Assembly: GCA_963832165.1 (NCBI GenBank)
Contig: CAWHTE010000011.1
Coordinates: 544,001 to 608,000, forward strand
Reading direction: 5' to 3'
Source: an uncultured delta proteobacterium
GTDB taxonomy: Bacteria; Myxococcota_A; UBA9160; SMWR01
Length of the DNA: 64,000 bases
Part shown: positions 49,965-59,258 of the stretch, in pieces
How positions within the stretch are numbered: position 1 is the stretch's first letter
Layout: each line of letters starts with the position of its first letter
Notes under the pieces: model-generated
Told to the model about the DNA's origin: nothing
What the model saw: the letters and a program-made list of their open reading frames with translations, nothing else
Database searches by the model: none
Made by a program: the position numbers and the translations under genes

Positions 49965-51530
49965 ATGAACCCGAGAACGACGGCCCTGCTGCTGCTCGCG
50001 GTGCTGGGCCTCGGCGCGTTTCTGTACTTCTACGAGCTCGGCGGCCAGGCCGGGCGGCTCGAATCCGAGGAGCGCGCCAAGCGCTTGTTCTCGGGCATCG
50101 AGGCCGATGACGTCCAGTGGATCGCGTTGCGCACGAGCGACGGAGTCGACGCGCGCTTCGAGCGGCGCGACGGAAAGTGGGAGATCGTCGCACCGCTCGC
50201 GTTCCCGGCCGATGCCGGGCTCGATCGCCTCGCCGAGGCGCTCGCCACGGTGACGAGCGAGAAGAAGTTCGACCATCCCCAGCCCGACGCCGAGTACGGC
50301 CTCGACGACGCCGCCGCGAAGATCGTGCGCTTCGGGGCCGGCGGAGCCGAACATTCGCTGCGCATCGGCAAGGCGGCGCCGGTCGGCTCGAACGTGTACG
50401 CGCGCGCGGGCGATTCTCCCGACGTGCACATGATCGCGAGCTTTCGCGCCACCGCGTTCGCGCGCACGCTCGCGGATCTGCGCGACAAGCAGGTGCTCGC
50501 GTTCGATCCGAGCGCGATCGCGGAGATCGAGGCGAGCTGGCCCGGCGGCCGCGTGGTGGTGTCGCGCGCGCCCGCACCCGAGGCAAAGGGCGAGGCGAAG
50601 CCGGGCGAGGGCGCACCGCCCGAGGCGGAACAGCCTTGGCAGATCACCGCGCCGCTCGCGGCGCGCGCCGACGGCGACGCGGTCGACAATCTGCTCTCGA
50701 CGCTGTCGTTCCTGCGCGCCGACGCGTTCGTCGACGCGCCGACCTCCGCGCAGCGCAAGCAGCTCGAGCCGCCGGATTTCGCGGTCGTGCTGCGCAACCG
50801 GGATGCGAAGATCCCGCCGCTCTCGCTCGCGGTCGGCCGGCCCGAGGGTGAGCGCCGGGCCGTGCACGCGGGCCGCGACGTGCTGTACGAGATCGCCGCG
50901 ACCCGCATCTCCGACTTCCCGCGCACGGTCGCCGCCTATCGCGAGCGCCATCTCGCGCGGTTCGCGGCCACCGACGCCGATCAGCTCGACTTCTTCTTCC
51001 ACGTCCCGGGCGGCGATCCCGTGGCGATCCGCGCCGAGCGCAGCGGCGACGCGGGCTGGACCTCGAGCCCCGAGCCGTTTGCCTCGGGCGCGCTCGCGGG
51101 CATCGTCTCCGAGCTGTCGCGGCTCGAGGCCGCCGACATCGTCGCCGAGTCGATGGGCGAGAAGCAGCTCGAGAAGCTCGGGCTTTCACCGCCCCAGACG
51201 ATCATCACGGTGTTCGGCGCCGCGCCGGCCGGCGCGAAGGCGCCCGAGGGCGACGCAGCGGTGGAGAAGGAAGAGGGGGGCGAAGCGCTTCCGCCCGCCG
51301 CGCCGCGCCTGGCCGAGATCCACCTCGGAAGCGTGACACCCAAAGGTGTCGCCGCGCGCGCCGTCGGCGATCCGATCGTCTACCGCCTCGACCTCGACAC
51401 CGCCGAGCGCCTGCCCGTGAATCTCGGTGCCTTCCACAGCCGGTTCCGCGAGCAGCCCGCCGCAGCCGTACCCGCGCCGGCCGCCGAGCCCGGCACCGAG
51501 CCGCCGATGCCGGCCCAGGATTCGCCGTAG
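49965..51530 (+). CDS. DUF4340 domain protein
   Basis: N-terminal TM; repeated W.I.APL..AD, YGLD, LRDK motifs; follows GldG-like gene. Confidence 0.8.
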   Translation: MNPRTTALLLLAVLGLGAFLYFYELGGQAGRLESEERAKRLFSGIEADDVQWIALRTSDGVDARFERRDGKWEIVAPLAFPADAGLDRLAEALATVTSEKKFDHPQPDAEYGLDDAAAKIVRFGAGGAEHSLRIGKAAPVGSNVYARAGDSPDVHMIASFRATAFARTLADLRDKQVLAFDPSAIAEIEASWPGGRVVVSRAPAPEAKGEAKPGEGAPPEAEQPWQITAPLAARADGDAVDNLLSTLSFLRADAFVDAPTSAQRKQLEPPDFAVVLRNRDAKIPPLSLAVGRPEGERRAVHAGRDVLYEIAATRISDFPRTVAAYRERHLARFAATDADQLDFFFHVPGGDPVAIRAERSGDAGWTSSPEPFASGALAGIVSELSRLEAADIVAESMGEKQLEKLGLSPPQTIITVFGAAPAGAKAPEGDAAVEKEEGGEALPPAAPRLAEIHLGSVTPKGVAARAVGDPIVYRLDLDTAERLPVNLGAFHSRFREQPAAAVPAPAAEPGTEPPMPAQDSP

Positions 51531-51540
51531 GGCGGATCAG
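51527..51540 (+). repeat. Partial GTAG REP (GTAGGGCGGATCAG)
   Basis: Exact reverse complement of 58233-58246; spans both stops of the convergent genes. Confidence 0.55.
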
Positions 51541-52323
51541 AGGCGCAGGATCTCGATCATCGCCTCATGCAGATGACCATTGCTCGCGACCGTCTCGCGG
51601 CCGTCGCCCGACGCGGGTCGGCCCGAGAGATCGCTCGTGCGCCCGCCCGCCTCCTCGACGATCAGGTTGCCTGCGGTGACGTCCCAGGGGTGGAGCTTGA
51701 GCTCTCAGAACCCGTCGAAGCGCCCCGCCGCGACATAACACAGATCGAGAGCGGCGCTGCCGTCGCGGCGCAGACCGCGCACCCGCTTCACGAACGCCGC
51801 GAAGTGGTCGAGATTGTCCTGGGCGCTCTTGTGGACGTCGTAGGCGAAGCCCGTCGCGAGCAGAGCGCGCCCGAGCTCGCGCTCTTCCGAAACGCGCAGC
51901 GGGCGGCCGTTGCAGGTCGCGCCGGCGCCGCGCGTCGCCGCGAACAGCTCGTCGAGCAGTGGGTCGTACACGACACCGACGGACGCCTCGCCGCCGCGCT
52001 GCACGCCGATCGAGACGCAGAAACGCGGGTAGCCGTGGGCGTAGTTCATCGTCCCGTCGAGCGGGTCGATCACCCAGCGCCACTCGGCGCCGGGCCGGTC
52101 GGTCGCCGCCGCCTTCCTCGGCGAGGACCGCGTCGTCCGGGCGCTCGCGGCGCAGCGCGCCCACGATCAGCGCCTCGCACGCCTGGTCCACCTCCGTCAC
52201 GAGATCGATCGAGGCGCTCTTCGTGCGCACGACCAGCTCGGTCTCGTAGCGCTCGCGCTGGATCGCGCCGGCGGCGCGCGCGAGGTGTTCCGCGAGCGCG
52301 CGCACGCGTGCAACTTCGATCAT
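51537..52323 (-). CDS. suhB: Inositol monophosphatase family SuhB (indel ~52100; in-frame TGA at 51705 at a Trp position)
   Basis: DLVTEVD, EE, WVIDPLDGTMNY, GSAALDLCYVAAGR, PWDV. Confidence 0.85.
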
Positions 52324-53108
52324 TGCGGCAACCGGAAGCGCGCGCGCGCGTTGCGCGTGGTGATGCGCGCCACCTCCTCCTCGGAGCGCCCCTGCACCGA
52401 CGCGAGCACGCGGCCCACATCCACCACGCGCACGGGCTCGTTGCGCCGCCCGCGATAGCCCTCGGGCGCGAGCAGCGGCGCGTCGGTCTCCACGAGCAGG
52501 CGCTCGAGCGGCAGCGCCGCCGCCACCGAGCGCAGACCGCGATCGTTGCGGAAGGTGAGGATCCCCGAGAACGAGACGTCGAGCTCCGCGTCGAGCGCGC
52601 GGCGCGCGAACTCGAGCGATCCCGTGTAGCAGTGGAGCACGCCGCCGACCTCCGCGCCGCGCTCCGCGGTCCAGATGTCGAGCAGCTCGTCGAAGGCGTT
52701 CGGCTCGTCGCCGCGCACGTGAATCGACATCGGCAGCCCCTGCTCGCGCGCCCACGCTACCTGCTCGGCGAACACGCTGCGCTGCACCTCGCGCGGCGAG
52801 TTCATGTAGTGGTAGTCGAGGCCCGCCTCACCGACCGCGACCACGCGCGGGTGGGTGAGCCATTGCGCGAGAGCGGCGCGGCCCGCGTCGTCGAGCGCGG
52901 CGGCTTCGTGGGGGTGCACGCCCACCGTCGCCCACACGCGATCATCGGAATCTGCGAGCGCGATCGCGCTCGCGTTCTTCGCCACCCCGTAGCCCGAGCC
53001 GATCGCGAGGAGTCCCTCGACACCGCCCGAGAACGCGCGCTCGGCGACCGCCGCGCGGTCTTCGGCGAACTCGTCTGCCCCGAGATGGCAGTGGCTGTCG
53101 AACCACAT
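52320..53108 (-). CDS. TatD family hydrolase
   Basis: DSHCH, GVHPH, VGEAGLDY, HCY, ETDAP, RNEP. Confidence 0.93.
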   Translation of the reverse strand: MWFDSHCHLGADEFAEDRAAVAERAFSGGVEGLLAIGSGYGVAKNASAIALADSDDRVWATVGVHPHEAAALDDAGRAALAQWLTHPRVVAVGEAGLDYHYMNSPREVQRSVFAEQVAWAREQGLPMSIHVRGDEPNAFDELLDIWTAERGAEVGGVLHCYTGSLEFARRALDAELDVSFSGILTFRNDRGLRSVAAALPLERLLVETDAPLLAPEGYRGRRNEPVRVVDVGRVLASVQGRSEEEVARITTRNARARFRLPQ

Positions 53109-53131
53109 CTAGCAAGCGCCGCGTAGCGGCG

Positions 53132-53154
53132 CGCGCAGCGAGCCGAAGGCGAGC
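53132..53154 (+). repeat. REP-like GNA-hairpin repeat copy (CGCGCAGCGAGCCGAAGGCGAGC)
   Basis: Exact reverse complement of 58198-58220; tatD/holB intergenic region. Confidence 0.7.
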
Positions 53155-53215
53155 GGAGTCGAAAAGGTGGCCTCGGGTTTCGCGACGACTCGAAGCATGA
53201 GCCCTGGGTCGTCTC

Positions 53216-54088
53216 CTAGGCGCGGACGGCGGCCTGCAGCGCGAGCAGCGCGCGCTCGGCCGTCATCTGGGGATTGGCGTTGCGCTGCACGAGCGCCTGA
53301 CGGCACTGCGAGAGCACGCGCGCCGCGTCGAGCTCGCTGCGCACAGCGCGTCCGACCTCGACGCGCTCGCCGATCCGCCGGCGCAGCCACGCCGACGCGA
53401 GCGCGAGCCACGCGTCGAGCTGTGCGGCCGCGGGTGCGCGCTGACCGCGAAACTCCTCGGCCCAGTCGAGCAGCGCGGGCAGGGGGGTGCGCGGCAGCGC
53501 GTCGAGGCGGCTCACCCAGGCCTCCGCCTCGGGCAGCGCGAGCGGATCGCTGCGCTCGGCCGGCAGCGCGACCTTCTGACAGCGCGAGCGCACCGTGGCG
53601 AGCAGGCCCGCCGGACTCGACGTCACGAGCACGAGCGAGGTGCGCGGCGGAGGCTCCTCGAGCAGCCGCAGCAGCGCGTTCTGTGACTCCTGGTTGAGCC
53701 ACTCGGCGTCCGCGATCACGGCGACGCGCCGTCCGCCCTCGCCGGCCGAGAGGCGCAGCGCGTGCTGGAGCGCGCGGATCTGCCCGATCCGCACGCGCGT
53801 GTCCTCGCTGCCGCGCTCGACCCAGAACAGGTCCGGGTGGTCGCCGATATGGCGGAACAGCGGGCCGCTGTGTCCCGTGCCGTCGATCGCGATCTCTTCG
53901 CGCGGGCCCGAGCGCCGGCAGCCGTCGCACTTCCCGCACACGATGCCGTGCTCGCACACGCTCGCCCGCGCGAACGCCTGGGCCACCTCGCGCGCTCGCT
54001 CGCGCGGGCCCGAGATCAGATAGGCGGAGTGGAGCCGGCCGCTCGCGAGAGCGCGCTCGAACAGGACGGGCAGTGCGGCGCCTTCCAT
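53216..54088 (-). CDS. holB: DNA polymerase III subunit delta'
   Basis: GRLHSAYLISGP, CGKCDGC, HPD, IGQIR, QNALLRLLEEPP, TVRSRC; upstream of tatD. Confidence 0.88.
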   Translation of the reverse strand: MEGAALPVLFERALASGRLHSAYLISGPRERAREVAQAFARASVCEHGIVCGKCDGCRRSGPREEIAIDGTGHSGPLFRHIGDHPDLFWVERGSEDTRVRIGQIRALQHALRLSAGEGGRRVAVIADAEWLNQESQNALLRLLEEPPPRTSLVLVTSSPAGLLATVRSRCQKVALPAERSDPLALPEAEAWVSRLDALPRTPLPALLDWAEEFRGQRAPAAAQLDAWLALASAWLRRRIGERVEVGRAVRSELDAARVLSQCRQALVQRNANPQMTAERALLALQAAVRA

Positions 54089-54252
54089 CGCGCGCAGTGT
54101 ACTGCGGGCGCGCTGCGTGGGGTCCGTCTGCCGCGGCGCTGCACCTCCGTGAAGGTGCAATCGAGGCTCAAGTTCACCCGGTACCCCACCGATCCAGCCT
54201 CTTGAGGGGCTGCGGGCGGCCCCGAGCTACGCCCGCAAAGGAGGATCCCGTG

Positions 54253-54699
54253 ATGGCGCGCACCCCGTTTGGTAGCAAGGGCAGCGAGGGGGACTACACC
54301 CCGGCACCGTCTTCGGGCTCCTCTGGATCCGGCGGGCTCTCGGCGTTCATCGATCAGGGCTCCGAGTTCGAGGGCAAGCTGTCCTTCAAGGACACCGTGC
54401 GCATCGACGGCCGGTTCCGCGGCGAGATCACGAGCGAGAACACGCTGATCGTCGGCGAGACGGGCGAGATCGAGGCGACGATCCGCTCGAAGACGGTCGC
54501 GATCAGCGGCTCCGTGACCGGCGACATCGTCGCGGGCACCAAGGTCGTCCTGCACAAGACCGCGCGCGTCTCGGGCAACATCACGACCGGCTCTCTCGTC
54601 GTCGAGGACGGCGCGGAGATCGACGGTCAGATCAAGATGGGCAAGAGCGCCGGCCTCAAGGCCGTCGATGGCGGGGTCAAGGCGCCCGAGAAGAACTAG
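54253..54699 (+). CDS. Bactofilin (polymer-forming cytoskeletal protein)
   Basis: FIDQGSEFEGKL...VRIDG...VSGNI...LVVEDGAEIDGQIKM. Confidence 0.9.
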   Translation: MARTPFGSKGSEGDYTPAPSSGSSGSGGLSAFIDQGSEFEGKLSFKDTVRIDGRFRGEITSENTLIVGETGEIEATIRSKTVAISGSVTGDIVAGTKVVLHKTARVSGNITTGSLVVEDGAEIDGQIKMGKSAGLKAVDGGVKAPEKN

Positions 54700-54718
54700 C
54701 GCCTCTCCAGGGATTGCA

Positions 54719-54762
54719 GCGGGGTCGGGTGCGGCGTGACCGCACCCGGCCCCGCGTATTTT
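54719..54762. terminator. Stem-loop between convergent genes, probable intrinsic terminator
   Basis: GCGGGGTCGGGTGCGG-cgtga-CCGCACCCGGCCCCGC followed by GTATTTT. Confidence 0.65.
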
Positions 54763-55483
54763 CAGCGCTCGCTCAATCGGTACACGACGTCGTGGGCGCG
54801 CACGCGCTGACTGACCTGGACGCCCACCTCATCGCCCGATCGGGCCGAGTCGATCGATGCGTGGTCGCGCTCGATCCGATCGATGCGCTGGTAGAAGTCG
54901 GTCGTGTGTCCGCGCACGTGGATCGTGTCACCGACGCGGAGCACGCCGCTGTCGAGCTTCACCACGCACGCGCCCGCGTGCTCGTAGTAATGCGTTATCA
55001 CGCCGATCCGATTTGGCTCCGAGTCGGAAACGTCACCGGGTGCTAGCGGAGACGGGACCCCCGGGGCCGCACCGGTGCTGACCGGTTTTGCGCCACCCAG
55101 GCCGGCCGCGCCGGTGCCCACTGAGGGCGACGGCTGGGCGGGCGCCGGATGACGCTCGGTGCGAAAGGGCGCGACACCTCCGCTGCGGCAGCGCTCGCAG
55201 CGACCGGCGCACTCGCGGGGGGTGCCTGCACCGCCTTCGCTGCCGCCGACGCCTTCTTGGCCGTTTTCTTCGGGGCGCTCTTCTTGCGCTTGCCCGCGGC
55301 CTTCTTCTTCTTGCCACCGCGCTTCGGCGCAGCCTTGCGCTTGGCACTCTTCTTCTTTTTCTTGGCGCTCTTCTTCTTGCCGGCGCGCGCCGACTTCTTG
55401 CGCCCCTTCTTCCGCGCAGGCTTTCTGCGCGCCGCGGACTTTCGCGCCGCACGCCTGCGGTTGCTCTTCTTGCGAGCCGCCAT
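54762..55483 (-). CDS. Lys/Arg-rich histone-H1-like N-terminus plus C-terminal EF-Tu domain II/U32-C-like beta-barrel (frame change ~55155)
   Basis: MAARKKSNRRR...KKKKK; IGVITHYY...LRVGDTIHVRGHTTDFYQ...VRAHDVVY; GGAGG upstream. Confidence 0.7.
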
Positions 55484-55596
55484 GTGTTCCCTCCCACGAG
55501 ACGCCGAACGGCGCCGTGTGTTGAGCGATTCTACGCAGCTGGCAGGGTTGCAGCGAGTCAAAAGCGCGCAGTCGGGGGGGCGCTAGCCTGTTCGCC

Positions 55597-56256
55597 ATGC
55601 GCGTGGCGGTGAAGCTGTTTGGTTCGATCCGGGAGGCGGTCGGAGAGAAGGAGCTCTCGGTGGAACTGCCCGATGGAGCCTCCGCGCGCGAGCTGCACCG
55701 CCGCCTGGCCGACCGCTACCGCGTCTTCGACACGTTCGGGGATCGGCTCGCGGTGTCGGTGCAACTCGAAGTGGTGCCGCTCGACACCACCCTGCGTGAC
55801 GGCGACGAGGTCGCCTTCCTGCCGCCGGTCTCGGGTGGCGGCGGGGCGTGCTGGATCTCGGACCGGCCGCTGCTCGAAGCGGACGCCGTGGCGCGGGTGA
55901 AAGGGCCCGGCATGGGCGGCATCGTGACCTTCGTGGGCGCGGTCCGCGATCACGCGCGCGGGCGCTCGATCCGGCATCTCGAATACGAGGCGTACCCCGA
56001 GATGGCCGTGCGCGAGATGGAAAAGATCGCGGCGCAGGCCACAGAGCGCTGGCCGGGCACCCGGATTGCGATCGGACACCGCTCGGGTCATCTCGAGGTG
56101 GGGGAGATCGCCGTGGTGATCGCCGCGGCCGCGCCCCACCGAGCGTCGGCGTTCGAGGCGTGTCGCTTCGCAATCGACACGCTCAAGCAGACGGTGCCGA
56201 TCTGGAAGAAGGAAGTGGCGACCGACGGCGAGTACTGGGTGGACGATCGGCCTTGA
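55597..56256 (+). CDS. Fused molybdopterin synthase MoaD-MoaE (MoaX-like)
   Basis: VKLFG...DEVAFLPPVSGG then GGIVTFVGAVRDH, LEYEAY, LKQTVPIWKKE. Confidence 0.9.
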   Translation: MRVAVKLFGSIREAVGEKELSVELPDGASARELHRRLADRYRVFDTFGDRLAVSVQLEVVPLDTTLRDGDEVAFLPPVSGGGGACWISDRPLLEADAVARVKGPGMGGIVTFVGAVRDHARGRSIRHLEYEAYPEMAVREMEKIAAQATERWPGTRIAIGHRSGHLEVGEIAVVIAAAAPHRASAFEACRFAIDTLKQTVPIWKKEVATDGEYWVDDRP

Positions 56257-56795
56257 CCCGTCATCCGGACGAGCCGAATCCCGCGTCGCCGCACCACCAC
56301 CATCGCAGCGCAGCCGTGCGCGCGGTGCCGTGCTGGATCATCACCGTGAGCGACACGCGCACGCGGGAGACCGACACCGGCGGGCAGCTGCTCGCCGATC
56401 TGCTCGGGCGCGGCGGGCACCCCGTGGTCGGGCAGGAGATCGTGCGCGACGAATTGGCCGCGATCGGCGCGGCGATCGACGCGGCACTCGTGCGAGAGGG
56501 GGTGACTGCGGTGCTTCTCACGGGCGGAACGGGCGTGGCGCCGCGCGACGTCACTCCGGAGGCGGTCGCGCCGCGGCTCGAGCGCGAGATCCCGGGCTTC
56601 GGCGAGCTGTTCCGCGCGCTCTCGTACCAGGAGATCGGGTCGGCGGCGCTGCTCTCGCGCGCGATCGCGGGAATTGCCGCGGGCCGGGTCGTGGTGGCCC
56701 TGCCGGGCTCGCGCGCGGCGATCCAGCTCGCGATGGAGAAGCTCGTGCTGCCCGAGCTCGGGCACCTGGCCGCGGAGGCGGTCAAGAAGTCCTAG
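56253..56795 (+). CDS. moaB: Molybdenum cofactor biosynthesis protein MoaB/MogA family
   Basis: ITVSDTR..TDTGG, TGGTG..PRDVTPEA, PGFGELFR, SRA, LPGS. Confidence 0.88.
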   Translation: MTRHPDEPNPASPHHHHRSAAVRAVPCWIITVSDTRTRETDTGGQLLADLLGRGGHPVVGQEIVRDELAAIGAAIDAALVREGVTAVLLTGGTGVAPRDVTPEAVAPRLEREIPGFGELFRALSYQEIGSAALLSRAIAGIAAGRVVVALPGSRAAIQLAMEKLVLPELGHLAAEAVKKS

Positions 56796-56871
56796 GGGGC
56801 GGGGCCGCGCAGCGGTGCCCGGCCCGTCTCCGTGAATCAAGGGCACCCGGGGCCGGTCCGAAAAGACGGAC

Positions 56872-58155
56872 GTGCTCGCGCGGATCGCCTGCTGGTTGCT
56901 GCTCTCGATGCTGCTCGCACTGCCGGGCGCGGCGGAGGGCTTCGTCTGGGTCGACGAGGCCGGCGTCACGCACATCACGAACGACCCGGCACGCGTACCC
57001 GAGGCCCAGCGCAAGCAGGCCCAGGACCCGGAGTCGCTGCGCTCGCTCTGGGAGGGGCCCGTGGACCGCGCGGCGCCGCCTGCGAGCGCGCCGCGCAGTC
57101 GCGAAGAGGAGCGCACGCGCAGCGCGCTGCAGGGCGCCGTGGACGACATCCGGCGCGGCGAGAATGCGCGCGCGGCCGCCGTGCTGCGCGGCATCCTGCG
57201 CGAGCAGCCCGGCCGGCCCGAGCCGCACTGGTACCTCGCCCAGCTCGACCGCTACCGCGGGCGCTACGACGCGGCCGAGCAGCATCTCCAGGCGTTCCTT
57301 GCCACCGCGGGCGACGAGCTCGAGCCCTGGCGCAGCACCGCACGCGCGCGGCTCGCAGCGCTCGCCGACGAGCGGCGCCTCGCCGAGCGCACGAACAGTG
57401 GCGGCGCGGTTCCGTGGCCCGCGCTCGCGAGCGCGAACTTCAAGGTCGAGCTCGACCCCGATCTCGGCCGCGCCGCGCCCAACTACGCGGGCACGGTGCT
57501 GCGCTATCTCGAAGAGGCGCGCATCTCGGTGGCGGAGCGCCTCGGCGCACAGACCGACGAGCCGATGGGCGTCGTGTTCTACGGCCGCGCCGCCTACGAC
57601 CAGGTCCATCGCGAGCGCTTCTCGTTCCGCACGGTCGGCTTCTTCGACGGCCGCATCCACGTCGTCTCGGCCGCGCATCCGGCCGGCGAGCTGCGCGCGC
57701 TGCTCTTCCACGAGTACACCCACGCGGTGTTCCGCGAGCGCACGGGCGGCGATCAGCCCTACTGGCTGAACGAAGGGCTCGCGGAGCTCTCCGAGCGCGA
57801 GTCGCGCCACCAGCCCGGACTCACGCGCACCGAGCGCGAGCTGCTCAAGCGCCGGATCGACGCGGGCGAGTGGATCTCGCTGCGCAGGCTCGCGCCGAGC
57901 TTCGGCGGGCTCGAAGACGACGACGCGCGGATCGCCTACCTCGAATCGACTGCGGCGGCGGATTGGCTCGAATCGCGCACCGACCGCGCAGTGCGCGGCC
58001 GCCTGATCGAAATGGTCGGCGCGGGCGCGTCCACCGAGCAGGCGCTCGTCGAGCTGCTGAACATGGACACGGACGCGGTCGACGCCGCGGTGCGCAAGTG
58101 GATCGGGTCCGAGTTCGCGGGCCGTCTGCCGCGGCCTGCGGCGCTCGAGGAGTAG
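56872..58155 (+). CDS. Exported DUF4124 plus TPR plus peptidase-MA (zincin) protein
   Basis: FVWVDEAGVTHITN..VP; TPR-like helices; HEYTH...PYWLNEGLA. Confidence 0.8.
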   Translation: MLARIACWLLLSMLLALPGAAEGFVWVDEAGVTHITNDPARVPEAQRKQAQDPESLRSLWEGPVDRAAPPASAPRSREEERTRSALQGAVDDIRRGENARAAAVLRGILREQPGRPEPHWYLAQLDRYRGRYDAAEQHLQAFLATAGDELEPWRSTARARLAALADERRLAERTNSGGAVPWPALASANFKVELDPDLGRAAPNYAGTVLRYLEEARISVAERLGAQTDEPMGVVFYGRAAYDQVHRERFSFRTVGFFDGRIHVVSAAHPAGELRALLFHEYTHAVFRERTGGDQPYWLNEGLAELSERESRHQPGLTRTERELLKRRIDAGEWISLRRLAPSFGGLEDDDARIAYLESTAAADWLESRTDRAVRGRLIEMVGAGASTEQALVELLNMDTDAVDAAVRKWIGSEFAGRLPRPAALEE

Positions 58156-58173
58156 GGGAGCCGCCCGAGTCCT

Positions 58174-58246
58174 GCGGATTGCGGCCCGTCCGATGTTGCT
58201 CGCCTTCGGCTCGCTGCGCGAAACTTGCGGGCCTGATCCGCCCTAC
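58174..58246 (-). repeat. Composite GTAG REP enclosing the GNA-hairpin core
   Basis: Minus strand GTAG-GGCGGATCAGGCCCG...CGCGCAGCGAGCCGAAGGCGAGC...CGGGCCGCAATCCGC, between convergent genes. Confidence 0.7.
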
Positions 58247-58917
58247 CCGAGCTCCCCTTCGTCGAGCTGGCGCGAGGCCTCGAGCAGGAGGTGGGTCACC
58301 GTCGCGTTGATCGTCGGCTCGGGCGGCGCGACGTTCGGCTCGAACGCGAAGTGACCCGTGCTCGCGTGCACGAGTGCCACGGCCGCGTCGAAGCCGATCT
58401 GGTTCTTGGTCTCGGCGTGGATCGGATCGCCGCCGCGCAGCCAGAGCTTGCCGGGCGCCTTGTCGGAATCGATCCGCAACAGCCCCGTCTTGCGCCCCAT
58501 CTCGAGGATCTGGAGCACCGCGAACGGCGGGATCTCCGCGAGATCGCCGCGGAACACCTCGCCGTGGAGGCTGCGCTCGAATAGCACCGTCTGCGCGCGG
58601 TCGTCGGGCTGATCGAGTCCGCCCGCCACCTGACAGAACGTGACCGCGTTCGCGCCGATCTGGAGCCGATCTCCGGGTCGGAGCTCGCGCTGCTCGATCC
58701 GCTCGCCGTTCACGAACGTCCCGTTCGTGCTCGCGAGGTCGTGGAGCACGAAGCGGCCACCCGAGCACACGATCTTCGCGTGACGCCGCGACGTGTCGGC
58801 GTCGGGCAGGCGCACCTCGCACTCGCGGCTGCGCCCGAGCACCACCTCGCCGTCGCGCGGGAGCTGGACCGGCGGCTGCGGGGGCGCGAACAGCATCGCG
58901 GTGGCGTCGCTGGCCAT
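58243..58917 (-). CDS. FHA domain plus DUF4388 protein
   Basis: LGR..SRRHA..DLASTNGTFVNG; FRGDLAEI...LQILEMGRKTG...LLLEASRQLDE. Confidence 0.88.
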   Translation of the reverse strand: MASDATAMLFAPPQPPVQLPRDGEVVLGRSRECEVRLPDADTSRRHAKIVCSGGRFVLHDLASTNGTFVNGERIEQRELRPGDRLQIGANAVTFCQVAGGLDQPDDRAQTVLFERSLHGEVFRGDLAEIPPFAVLQILEMGRKTGLLRIDSDKAPGKLWLRGGDPIHAETKNQIGFDAAVALVHASTGHFAFEPNVAPPEPTINATVTHLLLEASRQLDEGELG

Positions 58918-58973
58918 GCCCGTCCAAGTCGGCCGTTCCGCCCCCCGTCTTTACCTCCCGCGGGGTCGTCCGA

Positions 58974-59258
58974 TCAGTGGCGGATCTCGAAGTGGGCGTC
59001 GCCCGCGAGCGGCTCCTCGAACTCCTCGACGCCGTCGACGCGCGCCGAGCGCGGCCCGCGGCGCACGAACGCGAGCAGCGCCTCCACGCTCGCACGGGTG
59101 CCCTCGAACGCGGCCTCCACCGAGCCGTCCGCGCAGTTGCGCACCCAGCCCGCGACCCCGGCGCGGCGCGCTTCATCGGCCGTGTAGGCCCGGAACGCCA
59201 CGCCCTGGACGCGCCCGCGCACGATCACGCGCACGCGCCGGTGATCGCTAGTCATCAC
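58974..59258 (-). CDS. acyP: Acylphosphatase
   Basis: GRVQGVAFR, GWVRN..DGSVE, GPRSARV. Confidence 0.92.
   Translation of the reverse strand: MMTSDHRRVRVIVRGRVQGVAFRAYTADEARRAGVAGWVRNCADGSVEAAFEGTRASVEALLAFVRRGPRSARVDGVEEFEEPLAGDAHFEIRH

Noticed and set aside
47559..51002. Very long antisense or alternate-frame ORFs (e.g. 1147 aa here; also 25642-28734, 17939-21595, 9433-12375)
   Set aside because: Shadow ORFs expected at high GC opposite or overlapping well-supported genes; no motifs
51705..51707. In-frame TGA at the conserved Trp of suhB (FDGF*ELKLHPWD), suggesting TGA recoding
   Set aside because: Trp is TGG throughout, many genes end in TGA, the position is not a Cys/Sec site, and the same gene has an indel; most likely a base error
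55240..55480. TTC/TTCTT low-complexity repeats as a tandem array or CRISPR
   Set aside because: These are Lys codons of the polybasic protein; no repeat-spacer periodicity was found anywhere in the window
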